This document shows positions 34,607-44,221 of a DNA stretch of 64,000 nt, piece by piece. This DNA comes from Ostreococcus lucimarinus (Eukaryota). How positions within the stretch are numbered: position 1 is the first letter of the stretch; every line of letters starts with the position of its first letter. The position numbers were made by a program, and so were the translations under genes. Location: NCBI GenBank assembly GCA_000092065.1, contig CP000585.1; one strand, 5' to 3'. The notes beneath the pieces were generated by a model. It saw only the letters and a program-made list of their open reading frames with translations, was not told the DNA's origin and searched no databases.

Positions 34607-35869
34607 ATGTCGACCGTCGACCCGTTCGTGTATCCGATGATCGCTCGCTCGCTCGCTCTCTTCGCGCTGAGCTTCGTCACCGCCGCCGACCGACGCGAGG
34701 ACGACGCGACGTTGCGGTTGGAACTGACCTTGACCACGCGCGTGGCGTCGGCGAGCGCGACGCTTCGCGTCGCTCGTCGGACAATGTCGCATCCCGAAGC
34801 GTTCATGCGCGCCTTCGCCGAAATGCTCGACGCGTACGGTCTCGAACAGACGAAGATGTTTTCACACGCGACGCTGTTCGTGCCGACGGCGTCCAACTGC
34901 GCGGTGCGGTTCGCCAAGAGTCTCGGCGCCGAGTGGAGCAGACAGGTCGTCGAGAGCGTCGGAGACGAAGTTCAATGTTGGTTGATACTGGATTTTGAAT
35001 GGTCGGGCGCGCAAGATTCTCGAACAACTTTCTTGCGGGACACGTTCGGGCTGTTCTTGAATGGATTGCGCGCGGCGATGTTGTTTGTTGATATTGGAGC
35101 GCGAGTCGACGAAGTCGTGTACGACGACGAACGATCGACGGCAAACGCGGCGACAGTATTCGTGAACTGCGCTCGGCGAATCGGGATCTCGGATTCGACC
35201 TGGGCCGCCATCGTGCGCGTTGTCGTTGGTTCGATCGAGAGTCGCCCCTTCATCGACCGCGACGGTATTTCGGTGTACATCAACGGAAGTTTGATGCCGT
35301 GGCGTCAGACTCGCGCCATGGTTGATCATTTGTGGACGCTCGACGAACGATTCAAATCGTTTGGACTCCCTCCGCTTCGCCAAGATCTCACTTTGGACGC
35401 CAATGCCGAGCACGTCGTATACTTTGCGCCACCTTGTGAGACGACAACGACGACGACGTACGTGCGCCGCGTCACGATACACTTTCTCTCCACCGCGGCA
35501 AAGCCCGCCGACGTGGTTTGCTCGGCGTTTCCGCTCGCGGGTGTCGCCGACGCGATGAAAACCACGATGACTTCCGATATTCCGATACGCGTCAGCGCAG
35601 AGTTGTCCACCGCGGGCATGTTCGACGCCCTGCAAATACTGAAACGCGACGATCCGATGCGATTTAGCTCGGCGGAGGAGAAGGAATTCATTGAGACGAG
35701 CGATCGCATCGGCCGGGGCGTGCTCGCGATTTTAGAATCGCCCTCGAGCGACGTCGCGCGAGACTTTTGCTCGCAGCGCGATGCGGATGATGAAGACTGG
35801 CGACGAAAGGTGCTGAGTAACCTTCGATCGAGTCGCGTGTACGCGGCGAATTGCGTGGAGATGAAGTGA
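34607..35869 (+). CDS. Hypothetical protein (420 aa), no recognised domain
   Basis: Clean ATG, protein-like composition, fills the gap between two confident genes. Confidence 0.5.
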   Translation: MSTVDPFVYPMIARSLALFALSFVTAADRREDDATLRLELTLTTRVASASATLRVARRTMSHPEAFMRAFAEMLDAYGLEQTKMFSHATLFVPTASNCAVRFAKSLGAEWSRQVVESVGDEVQCWLILDFEWSGAQDSRTTFLRDTFGLFLNGLRAAMLFVDIGARVDEVVYDDERSTANAATVFVNCARRIGISDSTWAAIVRVVVGSIESRPFIDRDGISVYINGSLMPWRQTRAMVDHLWTLDERFKSFGLPPLRQDLTLDANAEHVVYFAPPCETTTTTTYVRRVTIHFLSTAAKPADVVCSAFPLAGVADAMKTTMTSDIPIRVSAELSTAGMFDALQILKRDDPMRFSSAEEKEFIETSDRIGRGVLAILESPSSDVARDFCSQRDADDEDWRRKVLSNLRSSRVYAANCVEMK

Positions 35870-35914
35870 AAGAATTATACGCTGGTTTAACAACTGTTGG
35901 TACAACGACCGCGA

Positions 35915-36940
35915 TCACCCGCGGGCGCCTGGGAATAGCACGGTCTCGGCGAAGTCTCGCGCCCACTCTTCTCCGTACCAGCTTGCAAACATCGCGATCG
36001 CTGGATCGTGCTCTAACTGCCACGCGTCGTGCGCGTCTTGCGCCTCGCGCGCCGAAGCCTCCGTCAGCACGCACCTCCGCACGTCCTCGAGAGACAGACC
36101 GAATTTGCACGCTCCGTCCATCGCCTCTGCCTCGCGCTCGGCTTCATCCAAACGATCGAGCCAGACGTCTAAGTACGCCCGCACGACGTCCAGCGACCGC
36201 GCCATCGTCTCCTCGTTCGCGAGAGCCGGTCGCGCGAAGAACATCCCGCGCGAGAAATACGTGGCGTCTTCGTAAAACTTCTTCGACGGCGTCGTCGCGT
36301 TCAGCGCCTCCGCGCACGCCGACAGCGCGCCTCCATCCCTAAGTTTCAACAATTTCGGCACGTACGCGTCGTTGTAATCGCGATCCCGACTCATCGGCTG
36401 CAAATCCACCCCTATTAAAATCTTCCTCGCCGCGCCGACGCCGACGCAAATCAAATCCACGCCGAACACCGGCGCATCGCACGCCTCGCACGCCGGATAC
36501 ACCGCGCAGTTATAAATCTGCGCCTTCTCCCCCCCGTCGACGTACGTCGAGCGCACGCGCCGCAGCCTGCGCGACGACCACGCCTCCGTCGTCGTCGTCA
36601 CGCCGCGCTTCGCGTTCGCTCGCGCCGCGAACGCGTCGTCCACGCGCGCCTCCTCGAGTCCCTCGCCGCAGCGCGCGCGAAGCGTCGTCCGCACGCACGC
36701 CTCGTGTCGCCGAAAGCTGAACCGCGCGTCGCCCGCGTCGCCGTCCTCGCGCGTCCTCGCCGTCGCCTCGGCGTCGCCGCGCGCCGTCGCCCGCCCGCTC
36801 GCGCGTCGCCTCGGCGTCGCCGCGCGCGCGCGTCCCGCCGCGCGCCTCGGCGTCGCCGCGCGCGCGCGCGTCGACGCGTCCATCGCCGCGTTCGCGTCGC
36901 GCGCGATCGCGACCGCGCGCGCGCGCGTGTGCGACGGCAT
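35915..36940 (-). CDS. Ferredoxin-dependent bilin reductase (FDBR family; PcyA/HY2/PebA-like) with plastid-type presequence
   Basis: FDBR core KAQIYNCAVYPACEACDAPVFGVDLICVGVG (compare K.....V.FP....DlPiFG.DlV). Overall ~340 aa after moving the start from the GC-artefact ORF start at 37351 to ATG 36940 (MPSHTRARAVAIARDANAAMDAST...). Confidence 0.65.
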   Translation of the reverse strand: MPSHTRARAVAIARDANAAMDASTRARAATPRRAAGRARAATPRRRASGRATARGDAEATARTREDGDAGDARFSFRRHEACVRTTLRARCGEGLEEARVDDAFAARANAKRGVTTTTEAWSSRRLRRVRSTYVDGGEKAQIYNCAVYPACEACDAPVFGVDLICVGVGAARKILIGVDLQPMSRDRDYNDAYVPKLLKLRDGGALSACAEALNATTPSKKFYEDATYFSRGMFFARPALANEETMARSLDVVRAYLDVWLDRLDEAEREAEAMDGACKFGLSLEDVRRCVLTEASAREAQDAHDAWQLEHDPAIAMFASWYGEEWARDFAETVLFPGARG

Positions 36941-37525
36941 TCGCTCGCGCGCGCGTCGACGCCCATCGTCATCATGCGCGCGCGCGCGACCGCGAGCACC
37001 GTCGCGCGCGCGCCCGTCGCGCGCGTCGCCCGTCGCCGCGCGCGCGTCGCCGTCGCCGCGGCGCGCGCGCGCGCTGGACGCGCCGACGCCGACGCGAACG
37101 CGACGCCGACGGCCGCGGTCGACCGCCGCGCGGTCGTCGTCGTCGCGCTCGCGTCGTGCGTCGCGCGCGCCGCGATCGCGCCGACGCCCGCGCGCGCGGT
37201 CGATCTCGCCGAGGCCGCCGCCGCGAAGGAGGCGCGCAAGGCGGCGCTGCGCGCGGCGGCGGCGGCGAGCGCGACGTCGGGGCGAGGGGAATCGGCGTTC
37301 GACGCGCCCGAGTACGGCGTGAGCGAGGAGAGCCGCACGCCGAACGCGCACAGTCGACAGGAGGAGGGGCTGAAGAAGGCGGTTCGCGACAACGCGTGAG
37401 CGCCGGAGCGCGCGCGACGGCGCGAAGGGCGTCGCTTTTTGTAATCGTCAAAGTCACACACGTTTTTGTCGAGCGCGCGACGAACGCGCGCGACGTCACA
37501 CGCGCGCGATGGGACGACGACGGGC

Positions 37526-39910
37526 ATGAAGCGCACGCTCGAGGGGACGGTGAAGACGTCGGCGCGCGCGTCGCGCGCGCGGGCGGCGCGTGCGAGCGGG
37601 CGGGCGGTGGGACGGACGGACGCGGTGCTGGCGCGCGCGCGCGGCGCGACGCTCGGAGACGTGCGACGCGAGCAGATCGACGCGGCGCTGCGGTTACTGA
37701 TCGACGAGCAGTGCACGCTGCCGTTCGTGGCGAGGTATCGCAAGGAGAGGACGGATGGGCTGGACGAGGGACAGTTGCGCGCGGTGGCGGCGGCGCACGC
37801 GGAGTGGACGCGATTGGAATCGAAGCGCGAGAGCGCGTTCGAGGCGTTGACGCGGTTGGAGATCGTGGACGAAAGGTTGTTCGCGAGATTGCGCGAAGCG
37901 AGCGCGGTGGAGACGATCGAAGACTTGATGAGCAAGTATAAGACGAAGACGAGCAGTCGCGCGGACAGGGCGCGAGAGCTCGGCTGCGAACCGCTCGCGG
38001 AGAAGATTTTGAGCGACGGCGCGGGGGGGGTCGAGGCGTTAGCGCGCGCGTACGTGAATGGGAATGATGTTCCAGACGTGTGCGAGGCGTTGAGGCTGGC
38101 GAAAGATGTGCTCGCGGAGAGGGCGGCGAACGAGACGAGCGCTCGGGAGGCGGCGAGACGATCGACGTGGCAAAACGGAAGGCTTCAGTGCGCGTTGACG
38201 ACGAATGGGAAGGCGGCGGTGGAGGGAAAGATTGACGATAAAAAGATGAAGAAGATAGCCGACGCGTTGAGGGACTACTACGAGTTCAACGCGCCATTGC
38301 GAAGGGTGAAGCCGCATCAGACCTTGGCGATTTTACGCGGCGAAGCCGCGAAGGTGTTGCGAGTGAAGATTGATTTCGACGTCGCGTGGGCAACGTCGGC
38401 GGCGATGAAAGCCATGGTAGGCTCGAGACGCTTAGGTGGGGGTTGTTATAACGTCGTTAGCGAGGCGGTGGAAGATGGTGTGAAACGGTTGCTCGCACCC
38501 TCCATCGAACGCGAGGCGAAGAGTCGACTCAAGACGGAGGCGATGGAGCGCGCCATCGCAGATTTCGGCGCTAATCTTCGCTCACTGCTTCTTCAACCGC
38601 CGCTGACACCCGCAGCTGTCGTGCTCGGCGTTGATCCAGCGTATCGCACCGGCTGCAAACTCGCCGTGGTTGACCCTACGGGAGCTCTGCTCGATACCGG
38701 CGTCGTACACTTGCCGCAATTCGAGTCGAAGGTGAAACGAGAAGGCGGCGGTCAATCCGCAGCCGCGAGCAAGCTGCAAGCGTTGGTGAAGCAATGGAAC
38801 GTCAAGGCGATCGCGATCGGCGACGGCGTAGCGAGTCGCGAAACCGAATCGCTCGTCGCCACCGCGCTCGCTGGTTTTGAAGGCGTCGGTTGGCGCGTCG
38901 TCTCGGAAGCCGGCGCCTCGGTGTACAGCGCCTCCGAAATCGCGGCGAAAGAGTTGCCGGACATAGACGTGTCATTGCGCGGAGCGGTATCTATCGCGCG
39001 AAGACTGCAAGATCCGATGGCCGAGCTCGTTAAGATCGAGCCCCAGTCCATCGGTATAGGACTGTATCAGCATGACGTCAAGGAGAAGGAGCTCGCTGAC
39101 GCGTTGACGGCGACGGTGGAGAGCGCGGTGGCAAACGTCGGTGCGAATCTAAACACATCCTCACAGTCGCTCTTGTCGCGTATTCCAGGCCTCGGCCCGT
39201 CGCTCGCGGCGAAGATCGTGCGACATCGCTCTGAGCGTGGAAGGTTCCGCGAACGCGCCGCGCTGAAAACCATCGCGGGCGTGGGCGCAAAGACGTATGA
39301 GCAAATAATTGGGTTCTTGCGCGTCCCGGACGCGAAAGACGCGCTGGAGCGCACTTCGGTGCACCCCGAGAGCTACCACATCGCCAAAAAGCTGTTGAAG
39401 ATGCTCGAAAGAGACGTGGCTGAGGTGATTGATCTCACGGCGAGCGACGCCGGCGACACGTCGATGGACGCGCTGAAACGCCTCAAGCCCAAACTCAAGG
39501 CACTTCGCGACGACGTAAAAGACCTCGAGGCGCGCGCTGCGCGCCTCAAGTGCCACCCCTTAACGCTCAAAGACATCGCGAACGAACTCAGCGCCCCGGG
39601 TGATGACGCCCGAGGCCAAGCCGCCGAGCAAAACGTGCTCCGAACGCAAGCGCTCACGCTCGAGGACTTGCAAACGGGCGCCGAAATCAAAAACGCCGTC
39701 GTCCGCAACGTCGTCCCTTTCGGCTGTTTCCTCGATCTCGGCGTCGGCCGCGACGCCCTCCTACACGTCACCGCGATGCGCAAACGCACCGACGCCAACC
39801 CCAACGCCCAAATCGATCCCCACGCGCTCTATCGCGTCGGCCAAACGTGCGCCGTTCGCGTCAAATCCGTCGACATCGCTCGCCAGCGCATCGCCGTCGA
39901 GCTCCCTTAA
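37526..39910 (+). CDS. Tex-like transcription accessory protein (SRBD1-type: HTH/YqgF/HhH/S1) with N-terminal presequence
   Basis: LLIDEQCTLPFVARYRKERTDGLDEGQLR (compare Tex LLDEGNTVPFIARYRKE.TGGLDD.QLR), central YqgF/HhH region, C-terminal S1 domain GAEIKNAVVRNVVPFGCFLDLGVGRDALLHVT. Confidence 0.8.
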   Translation: MKRTLEGTVKTSARASRARAARASGRAVGRTDAVLARARGATLGDVRREQIDAALRLLIDEQCTLPFVARYRKERTDGLDEGQLRAVAAAHAEWTRLESKRESAFEALTRLEIVDERLFARLREASAVETIEDLMSKYKTKTSSRADRARELGCEPLAEKILSDGAGGVEALARAYVNGNDVPDVCEALRLAKDVLAERAANETSAREAARRSTWQNGRLQCALTTNGKAAVEGKIDDKKMKKIADALRDYYEFNAPLRRVKPHQTLAILRGEAAKVLRVKIDFDVAWATSAAMKAMVGSRRLGGGCYNVVSEAVEDGVKRLLAPSIEREAKSRLKTEAMERAIADFGANLRSLLLQPPLTPAAVVLGVDPAYRTGCKLAVVDPTGALLDTGVVHLPQFESKVKREGGGQSAAASKLQALVKQWNVKAIAIGDGVASRETESLVATALAGFEGVGWRVVSEAGASVYSASEIAAKELPDIDVSLRGAVSIARRLQDPMAELVKIEPQSIGIGLYQHDVKEKELADALTATVESAVANVGANLNTSSQSLLSRIPGLGPSLAAKIVRHRSERGRFRERAALKTIAGVGAKTYEQIIGFLRVPDAKDALERTSVHPESYHIAKKLLKMLERDVAEVIDLTASDAGDTSMDALKRLKPKLKALRDDVKDLEARAARLKCHPLTLKDIANELSAPGDDARGQAAEQNVLRTQALTLEDLQTGAEIKNAVVRNVVPFGCFLDLGVGRDALLHVTAMRKRTDANPNAQIDPHALYRVGQTCAVRVKSVDIARQRIAVELP

Positions 39911-40115
39911 CCGCACCATCGCTTGTGACGAGACTTTTAAAGACCTTCGTTCCTCCATCGGCCGTCGCGGGCGACGCCACGGCGCGCGCGTCCGCGAAAT
40001 TTCCAACCGACGAACCCGCCGCGGGCAGAATACAAGATGCGACGCCTCGCGCTGTGAGATCATCTTCGACCGGCGCGTCACTTCGAGTCGCGCACCGCGC
40101 GCCCGCCGCGCCACG

Positions 40116-42851
40116 ATGCGTGCGAAAGTTCTCGCGACGCTCTCCGTCGCGCTGTGCGCGCTGTGCGCGCTGTGCGCGGGCGCACACGGCGCCGTCATGG
40201 GCATCGATCTCGGCGGTGAGTTTCTCAAAGCTTCGCTCGTCGCTCCCGGCCGAACGCCGATCGCCATCACCCTGAACGAGGTTTCGAAGCGTAAAACGAC
40301 CGCCGCGGTGTCGTTTTTCAACGATGAACGCGCGATCGGGGAGCCGGCGAACGATTTGATGCCGCGATCGCCTACGGATGTGGCGACGCGAGCGAGAGAC
40401 GCTCTCGGCGCGCGCGCGAGCGATGAACGCGTGCGCGCGGTGAAGACGAATTCGAAGCTGGCGTATGAAATTGAAGGAGATGGTGCGAGAGATGGTGCGG
40501 TGAGAGCCGTGCTGGGGAAGAAGAGCTACGCGGCGGAGGAGTTGGTGGGGATGACGCTGGAGTACGCGATGGCGATCGGGGAGGCGGCGGGACGAGGGAA
40601 GATTCGTGACGCGGTGATCGCGGTGCCGCCGTTTGCGTCGCAATCGCAGCGAAGGGCGTTGCGGGATGCGGCGGAGATCGCTGGGTTGAACGTGCTGGCG
40701 ATGAAGAGCGATTTGTCGTGCGCGGCGCTGCAGTGGGGAATCGACAAGGAGTTTCCAGAGCCAAAGTGGGTCATTTTGGTGGACGTCGGACACACGTCCG
40801 CGGGTGCCGCGCTCGTGAAATACAGCTCGTTCTCCAGTGGTAAGGTGAAGAAACAGCACGGGCAATTCGAGATGGTGTCGGTGAAGTGGGACGAAACCGT
40901 GGGCGGCGACGCGCTCGACATGCTCCTCGTCGAGCACTTTCAAGAAGAGTTCAAACAAAAGCACGGTACGGATTTATCCACGATTCCGCGCGCTGTCGGT
41001 AAGATGCGTAAGCAAGTTCGCAAGACGAAGGAAATCCTGTCTGCGAACAAAGAAGCGCCGTTTAGTGTGGAATCATTGCACGACGAAATTGACTTGCGAT
41101 CGAAAATCACTCGCGACGAATTCACTACGCTCGCCGGGGATATTTTCGAACGCATGACTGGTCCGTTGCGAGCAATCGTGGCCTCGCTCGGCGACTTCAA
41201 CATCACGCTCGATGAAATCGAGGCTATCGAAGTCATCGGCGGGAGCACGCGCGTGCCCGGAGTGAAGGAGGAGATTGGAAAAGCCATCAATGGTCGCAAG
41301 TTTGACGTGCACCTCGACGCGGACGAAGCCGTGGCCATGGGCGCAGGTCTTTTCGCCGCCAACATGTCCACAACGTTCCGCATGCGAAAGTTTGGCGCCG
41401 CGGACGCGATGCCACATGGAATGACGTATGAAGTTACACCGAGCGACGATTTTACGTCGGGTGAAGCGGCCACGCTCGTTCCGGCGTTTGCGAATTCGCC
41501 GCTTCGCCAGCGAGTGCAACTGCTCAATCGCACCGAGGACGCTAAGTTCACCGTGAACCTTGATGTGTCGAACGGCTCACCGTTACCTCCGGGCACAGAC
41601 ACCGACCAAGTCATGGTCGTCGATGTCACCGGGGTGAAGGAGGCGATGGCAAAGTACAACGACACTGTGGGCAAGATGAACGTGTACTTTGAGTTTGATG
41701 CCAATGGCGTGTTGGATGTCTACGAGGCGGTGTACGCGGTTGAGATCATCGACTACGTTCCGGAAAAACCCAAAAAGAAGCCGAAAGTGGAAAAGACAAA
41801 GGTCGATAACAACGCAACAGAAGCCACCAACGTCACGGATGACGAATCGTCGGCGACTGAAAACGCAACCGAAGCAGAGATGAACGCAACGGCTGCGGAA
41901 GACGTCACGGAAGCCACTGAAAACACCACCGCAGAAGAAGTCGTGGAAGAAGAGGAGAATCCCAAAATGAAAATGCGCCGCCGCGTGATGAAGACTTCGC
42001 TTGAAGTTAAAGTTTCGGGCTTGCACATGGAACCGATGACGCAAGCGCAACTTGAAGCTTCCGTGTCTGTGCTCGGTGAGTTGCGTAAGGTTGACGAAGC
42101 TAAGCGCGCGCAAGAAGCGGCTAAGAGTAACCTCGAGGCGTACATTTACGCCATCCGTGCCAAGCTCGACGAGGATGAAATTCAAGTCGTGACGACAGAG
42201 GAGGAACGCGAAGCTTTGAAGGAGGAACTTACAGACAAAGAGGATTGGCTGTATATGGACGGTGCAGATTCCACCACAGAAGTGTTCAAGCAAACTCATG
42301 ACGACCTCAAGTCTAAGGGCGACGCCATTGAGTTCCGCGCTAAGGAAATGACGCGACGACCTGCGATGATTGCGAAGGCGAGAGCGTTTATCGAAAAGGC
42401 CAAGCCCGAAGTAGAGTCTTGGCCGGAAAAGAAACCGTGGTTGAACGAAACGCACGTCGCGAACTTACTTGAAGAGATCAAGCAATTCGAATCGTGGCTC
42501 GACGAGAAGATTGAGGCACAAGACAAGTTGGCGGCGACTGAAGCGCCAACGCTCGAGTCAACCGAGATAAAAATCAGCCAACGACCCATTGAGACCAAGT
42601 TCGGCAAGTTGAAGAAAAAGTCCAAGCCGAAACCTCCAAAGGTTGAGAAGAACGAGACAGAAGCGAATGAAACGGATGCGAACGAAACGATCGCGAACGC
42701 AACGGATGCAGACGCGCCTACAGACGAGCCGCCGGCGGAGGACGTCGCCGGAGGAACCGATGCGGATCAGTCCGCGGAAGAAGAGCAGGTTCAGCGCGAG
42801 ACAGAGGACGAGCAAACTCCCGATCAAACGCCTCCCAAAGATGAACTTTAA
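40116..42851 (+). CDS. HYOU1: ER-lumenal Hsp70-family protein, hypoxia up-regulated protein 1/GRP170/Lhs1-like, with signal peptide and C-terminal KDEL
   Basis: Signal peptide MRAKVLATLSVALCALCALCAGAHG. Hsp70 N-terminal ATPase motif: VMGIDLGGEFLKASLVAPGRTPIAITLNEVSKRKT. Long acidic C-terminal extension ending PPKDEL. The ORF start at 39600 overlaps the Tex 3' end; the first suitable ATG is at 40116. Confidence 0.85.
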   Translation: MRAKVLATLSVALCALCALCAGAHGAVMGIDLGGEFLKASLVAPGRTPIAITLNEVSKRKTTAAVSFFNDERAIGEPANDLMPRSPTDVATRARDALGARASDERVRAVKTNSKLAYEIEGDGARDGAVRAVLGKKSYAAEELVGMTLEYAMAIGEAAGRGKIRDAVIAVPPFASQSQRRALRDAAEIAGLNVLAMKSDLSCAALQWGIDKEFPEPKWVILVDVGHTSAGAALVKYSSFSSGKVKKQHGQFEMVSVKWDETVGGDALDMLLVEHFQEEFKQKHGTDLSTIPRAVGKMRKQVRKTKEILSANKEAPFSVESLHDEIDLRSKITRDEFTTLAGDIFERMTGPLRAIVASLGDFNITLDEIEAIEVIGGSTRVPGVKEEIGKAINGRKFDVHLDADEAVAMGAGLFAANMSTTFRMRKFGAADAMPHGMTYEVTPSDDFTSGEAATLVPAFANSPLRQRVQLLNRTEDAKFTVNLDVSNGSPLPPGTDTDQVMVVDVTGVKEAMAKYNDTVGKMNVYFEFDANGVLDVYEAVYAVEIIDYVPEKPKKKPKVEKTKVDNNATEATNVTDDESSATENATEAEMNATAAEDVTEATENTTAEEVVEEEENPKMKMRRRVMKTSLEVKVSGLHMEPMTQAQLEASVSVLGELRKVDEAKRAQEAAKSNLEAYIYAIRAKLDEDEIQVVTTEEEREALKEELTDKEDWLYMDGADSTTEVFKQTHDDLKSKGDAIEFRAKEMTRRPAMIAKARAFIEKAKPEVESWPEKKPWLNETHVANLLEEIKQFESWLDEKIEAQDKLAATEAPTLESTEIKISQRPIETKFGKLKKKSKPKPPKVEKNETEANETDANETIANATDADAPTDEPPAEDVAGGTDADQSAEEEQVQRETEDEQTPDQTPPKDEL

Positions 42852-42940
42852 CGATGAAAACAAATCGAAAATTTTTATTAATATCAACCGAGAGTATTCT
42901 TTCCAGCACAAAACAACGAGTCGTCGCAATTAAATTAAAT
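42852..42940. terminator. AT-rich convergent 3' end / polyadenylation region shared by the HYOU1-like (+) and sterol oxidase (-) genes
   Basis: 89-bp A/T-rich island (taacgatgaaaacaaatcgaaaatttttattaatatc...aattaaattaaatctaatcc) between two convergent stop codons, in otherwise ~68% GC DNA. Confidence 0.35.
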
Positions 42941-44050
42941 CTAATCCACCTTCTTGGAAGGCAAGGAGCGCTCGTTCGGCGCGCCTCGGAACACGGCTGG
43001 GTACGCCAAAGACTCACTCCCACCTCTAAGCTTGAGTTGATGCTTTCTAAATTCCTTATCCGTGCCAAACATCCAGTCGCACCACGTGAAAACGCTCGAG
43101 TACGGCCCTTCGAACGTCTTGTGATGGAAATCGTGGTGCACCGCGCCACCCCAAAATGGAATCAAATTTGTGGGATTCCACGGCACGTCGTAGCCAGAGT
43201 GATCCTCCACCGTTTCCACGAGCCTGAAAAACAACCAAACCCACAGCGTCACCATGTGCTTGGCGAAAAACAACGGCCCGAGCAACGTGCCGATGCCCAA
43301 AAAGAACGTCTCCACCGGGTGCGCGTACTCGGCGGCGATGCCGAACGGAAATTTGTGCTCGTGATGAATCTTGTGCACGTACTTGTACACCCGCTTATGG
43401 TGCAATCCCCTGTGAACCCAGTAAAAGTAGAAATCTTCAATCGCGAAAAACACCGGAATCTGCCACAACAAATCCCTCGATTTCGGCAACGCCTCCATCG
43501 CCAGCGAAAATCCAAAGTACGGCGCCACGAAATAAAACATCATTTGCATCGGCAACTGAATGAACACGTGCGACTTCAAAAGCTTCGTCAGGCACTTCAT
43601 CACCATTTCCTTGCTCGGCGTTTTATCCGGCTGTATCTTCCATCGCTTAAAGTATTCAAACTGATCCATCGCCAACCACGGCGTCCACGCGCCGAAGTAC
43701 ACCGCCTCGTGGTACGCGAACGTCAGCGGACCCGCGATGACGAACGGGTGAAAGTTATCCAGCACGACGCGCCAAACTTTCGCGAACATCGCGTCGACGC
43801 GTCGCTCGAGCGCGAGCGCGGCCTCGAGCGCGCGATCGACGAGGGGATCTTTCGACGCGCGGCGCGCGAATGCGGTCAGGTGCGACGTCAACGCGTCCGC
43901 GGACGCCGCGTGCGCGAGCGTCGCGGCGCCGGCGACGACGAGCGCGACGGCGAGGATCATCCTCGCGCCGTGATCGGGCATGGCGGGCGACGACGCGCGC
44001 GCCGGCGAGTGCGGCAGCGCAAGATGGGAGTCAGCCGCCAACGTCATCAT
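42941..44050 (-). CDS. C-4 methylsterol oxidase / fatty acid hydroxylase superfamily (SMO/ERG25-like)
   Basis: Histidine boxes HRGLHHKRVYKYVHKIHHEH and HHDFHHKTFEG, with N-terminal TM segments and ATG ATG start. Confidence 0.8.
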   Translation of the reverse strand: MMTLAADSHLALPHSPARASSPAMPDHGARMILAVALVVAGAATLAHAASADALTSHLTAFARRASKDPLVDRALEAALALERRVDAMFAKVWRVVLDNFHPFVIAGPLTFAYHEAVYFGAWTPWLAMDQFEYFKRWKIQPDKTPSKEMVMKCLTKLLKSHVFIQLPMQMMFYFVAPYFGFSLAMEALPKSRDLLWQIPVFFAIEDFYFYWVHRGLHHKRVYKYVHKIHHEHKFPFGIAAEYAHPVETFFLGIGTLLGPLFFAKHMVTLWVWLFFRLVETVEDHSGYDVPWNPTNLIPFWGGAVHHDFHHKTFEGPYSSVFTWCDWMFGTDKEFRKHQLKLRGGSESLAYPAVFRGAPNERSLPSKKVD

Positions 44051-44221
44051 TTTGGATAAAATGTCGCCGACGCGCGCGCGCGCGCCGCTCGAGTCGCGAA
44101 ACCGTCGCTCGCCGCGCCGTGCCGCGACGCGCGTGGCGCCGAGCTAAAAAACAATACAAACTACACCATCTACCGCGCGCGCGCGAGTCGCGCGCTCTAA
44201 ACGCGTCGTCGTCGACGCGGC

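Noticed and set aside
36598-37935. 445-aa minus-strand ORF and several R-rich ORFs between FDBR and Tex genes
   Set aside because: They span the FDBR-Tex intergenic region and are antisense to the Tex 5' end. Pure Arg/Ala low complexity.
39861-40964. 367-aa minus-strand ORF
   Set aside because: It is antisense to the HYOU1-like gene, which has unambiguous Hsp70 motifs on the plus strand.
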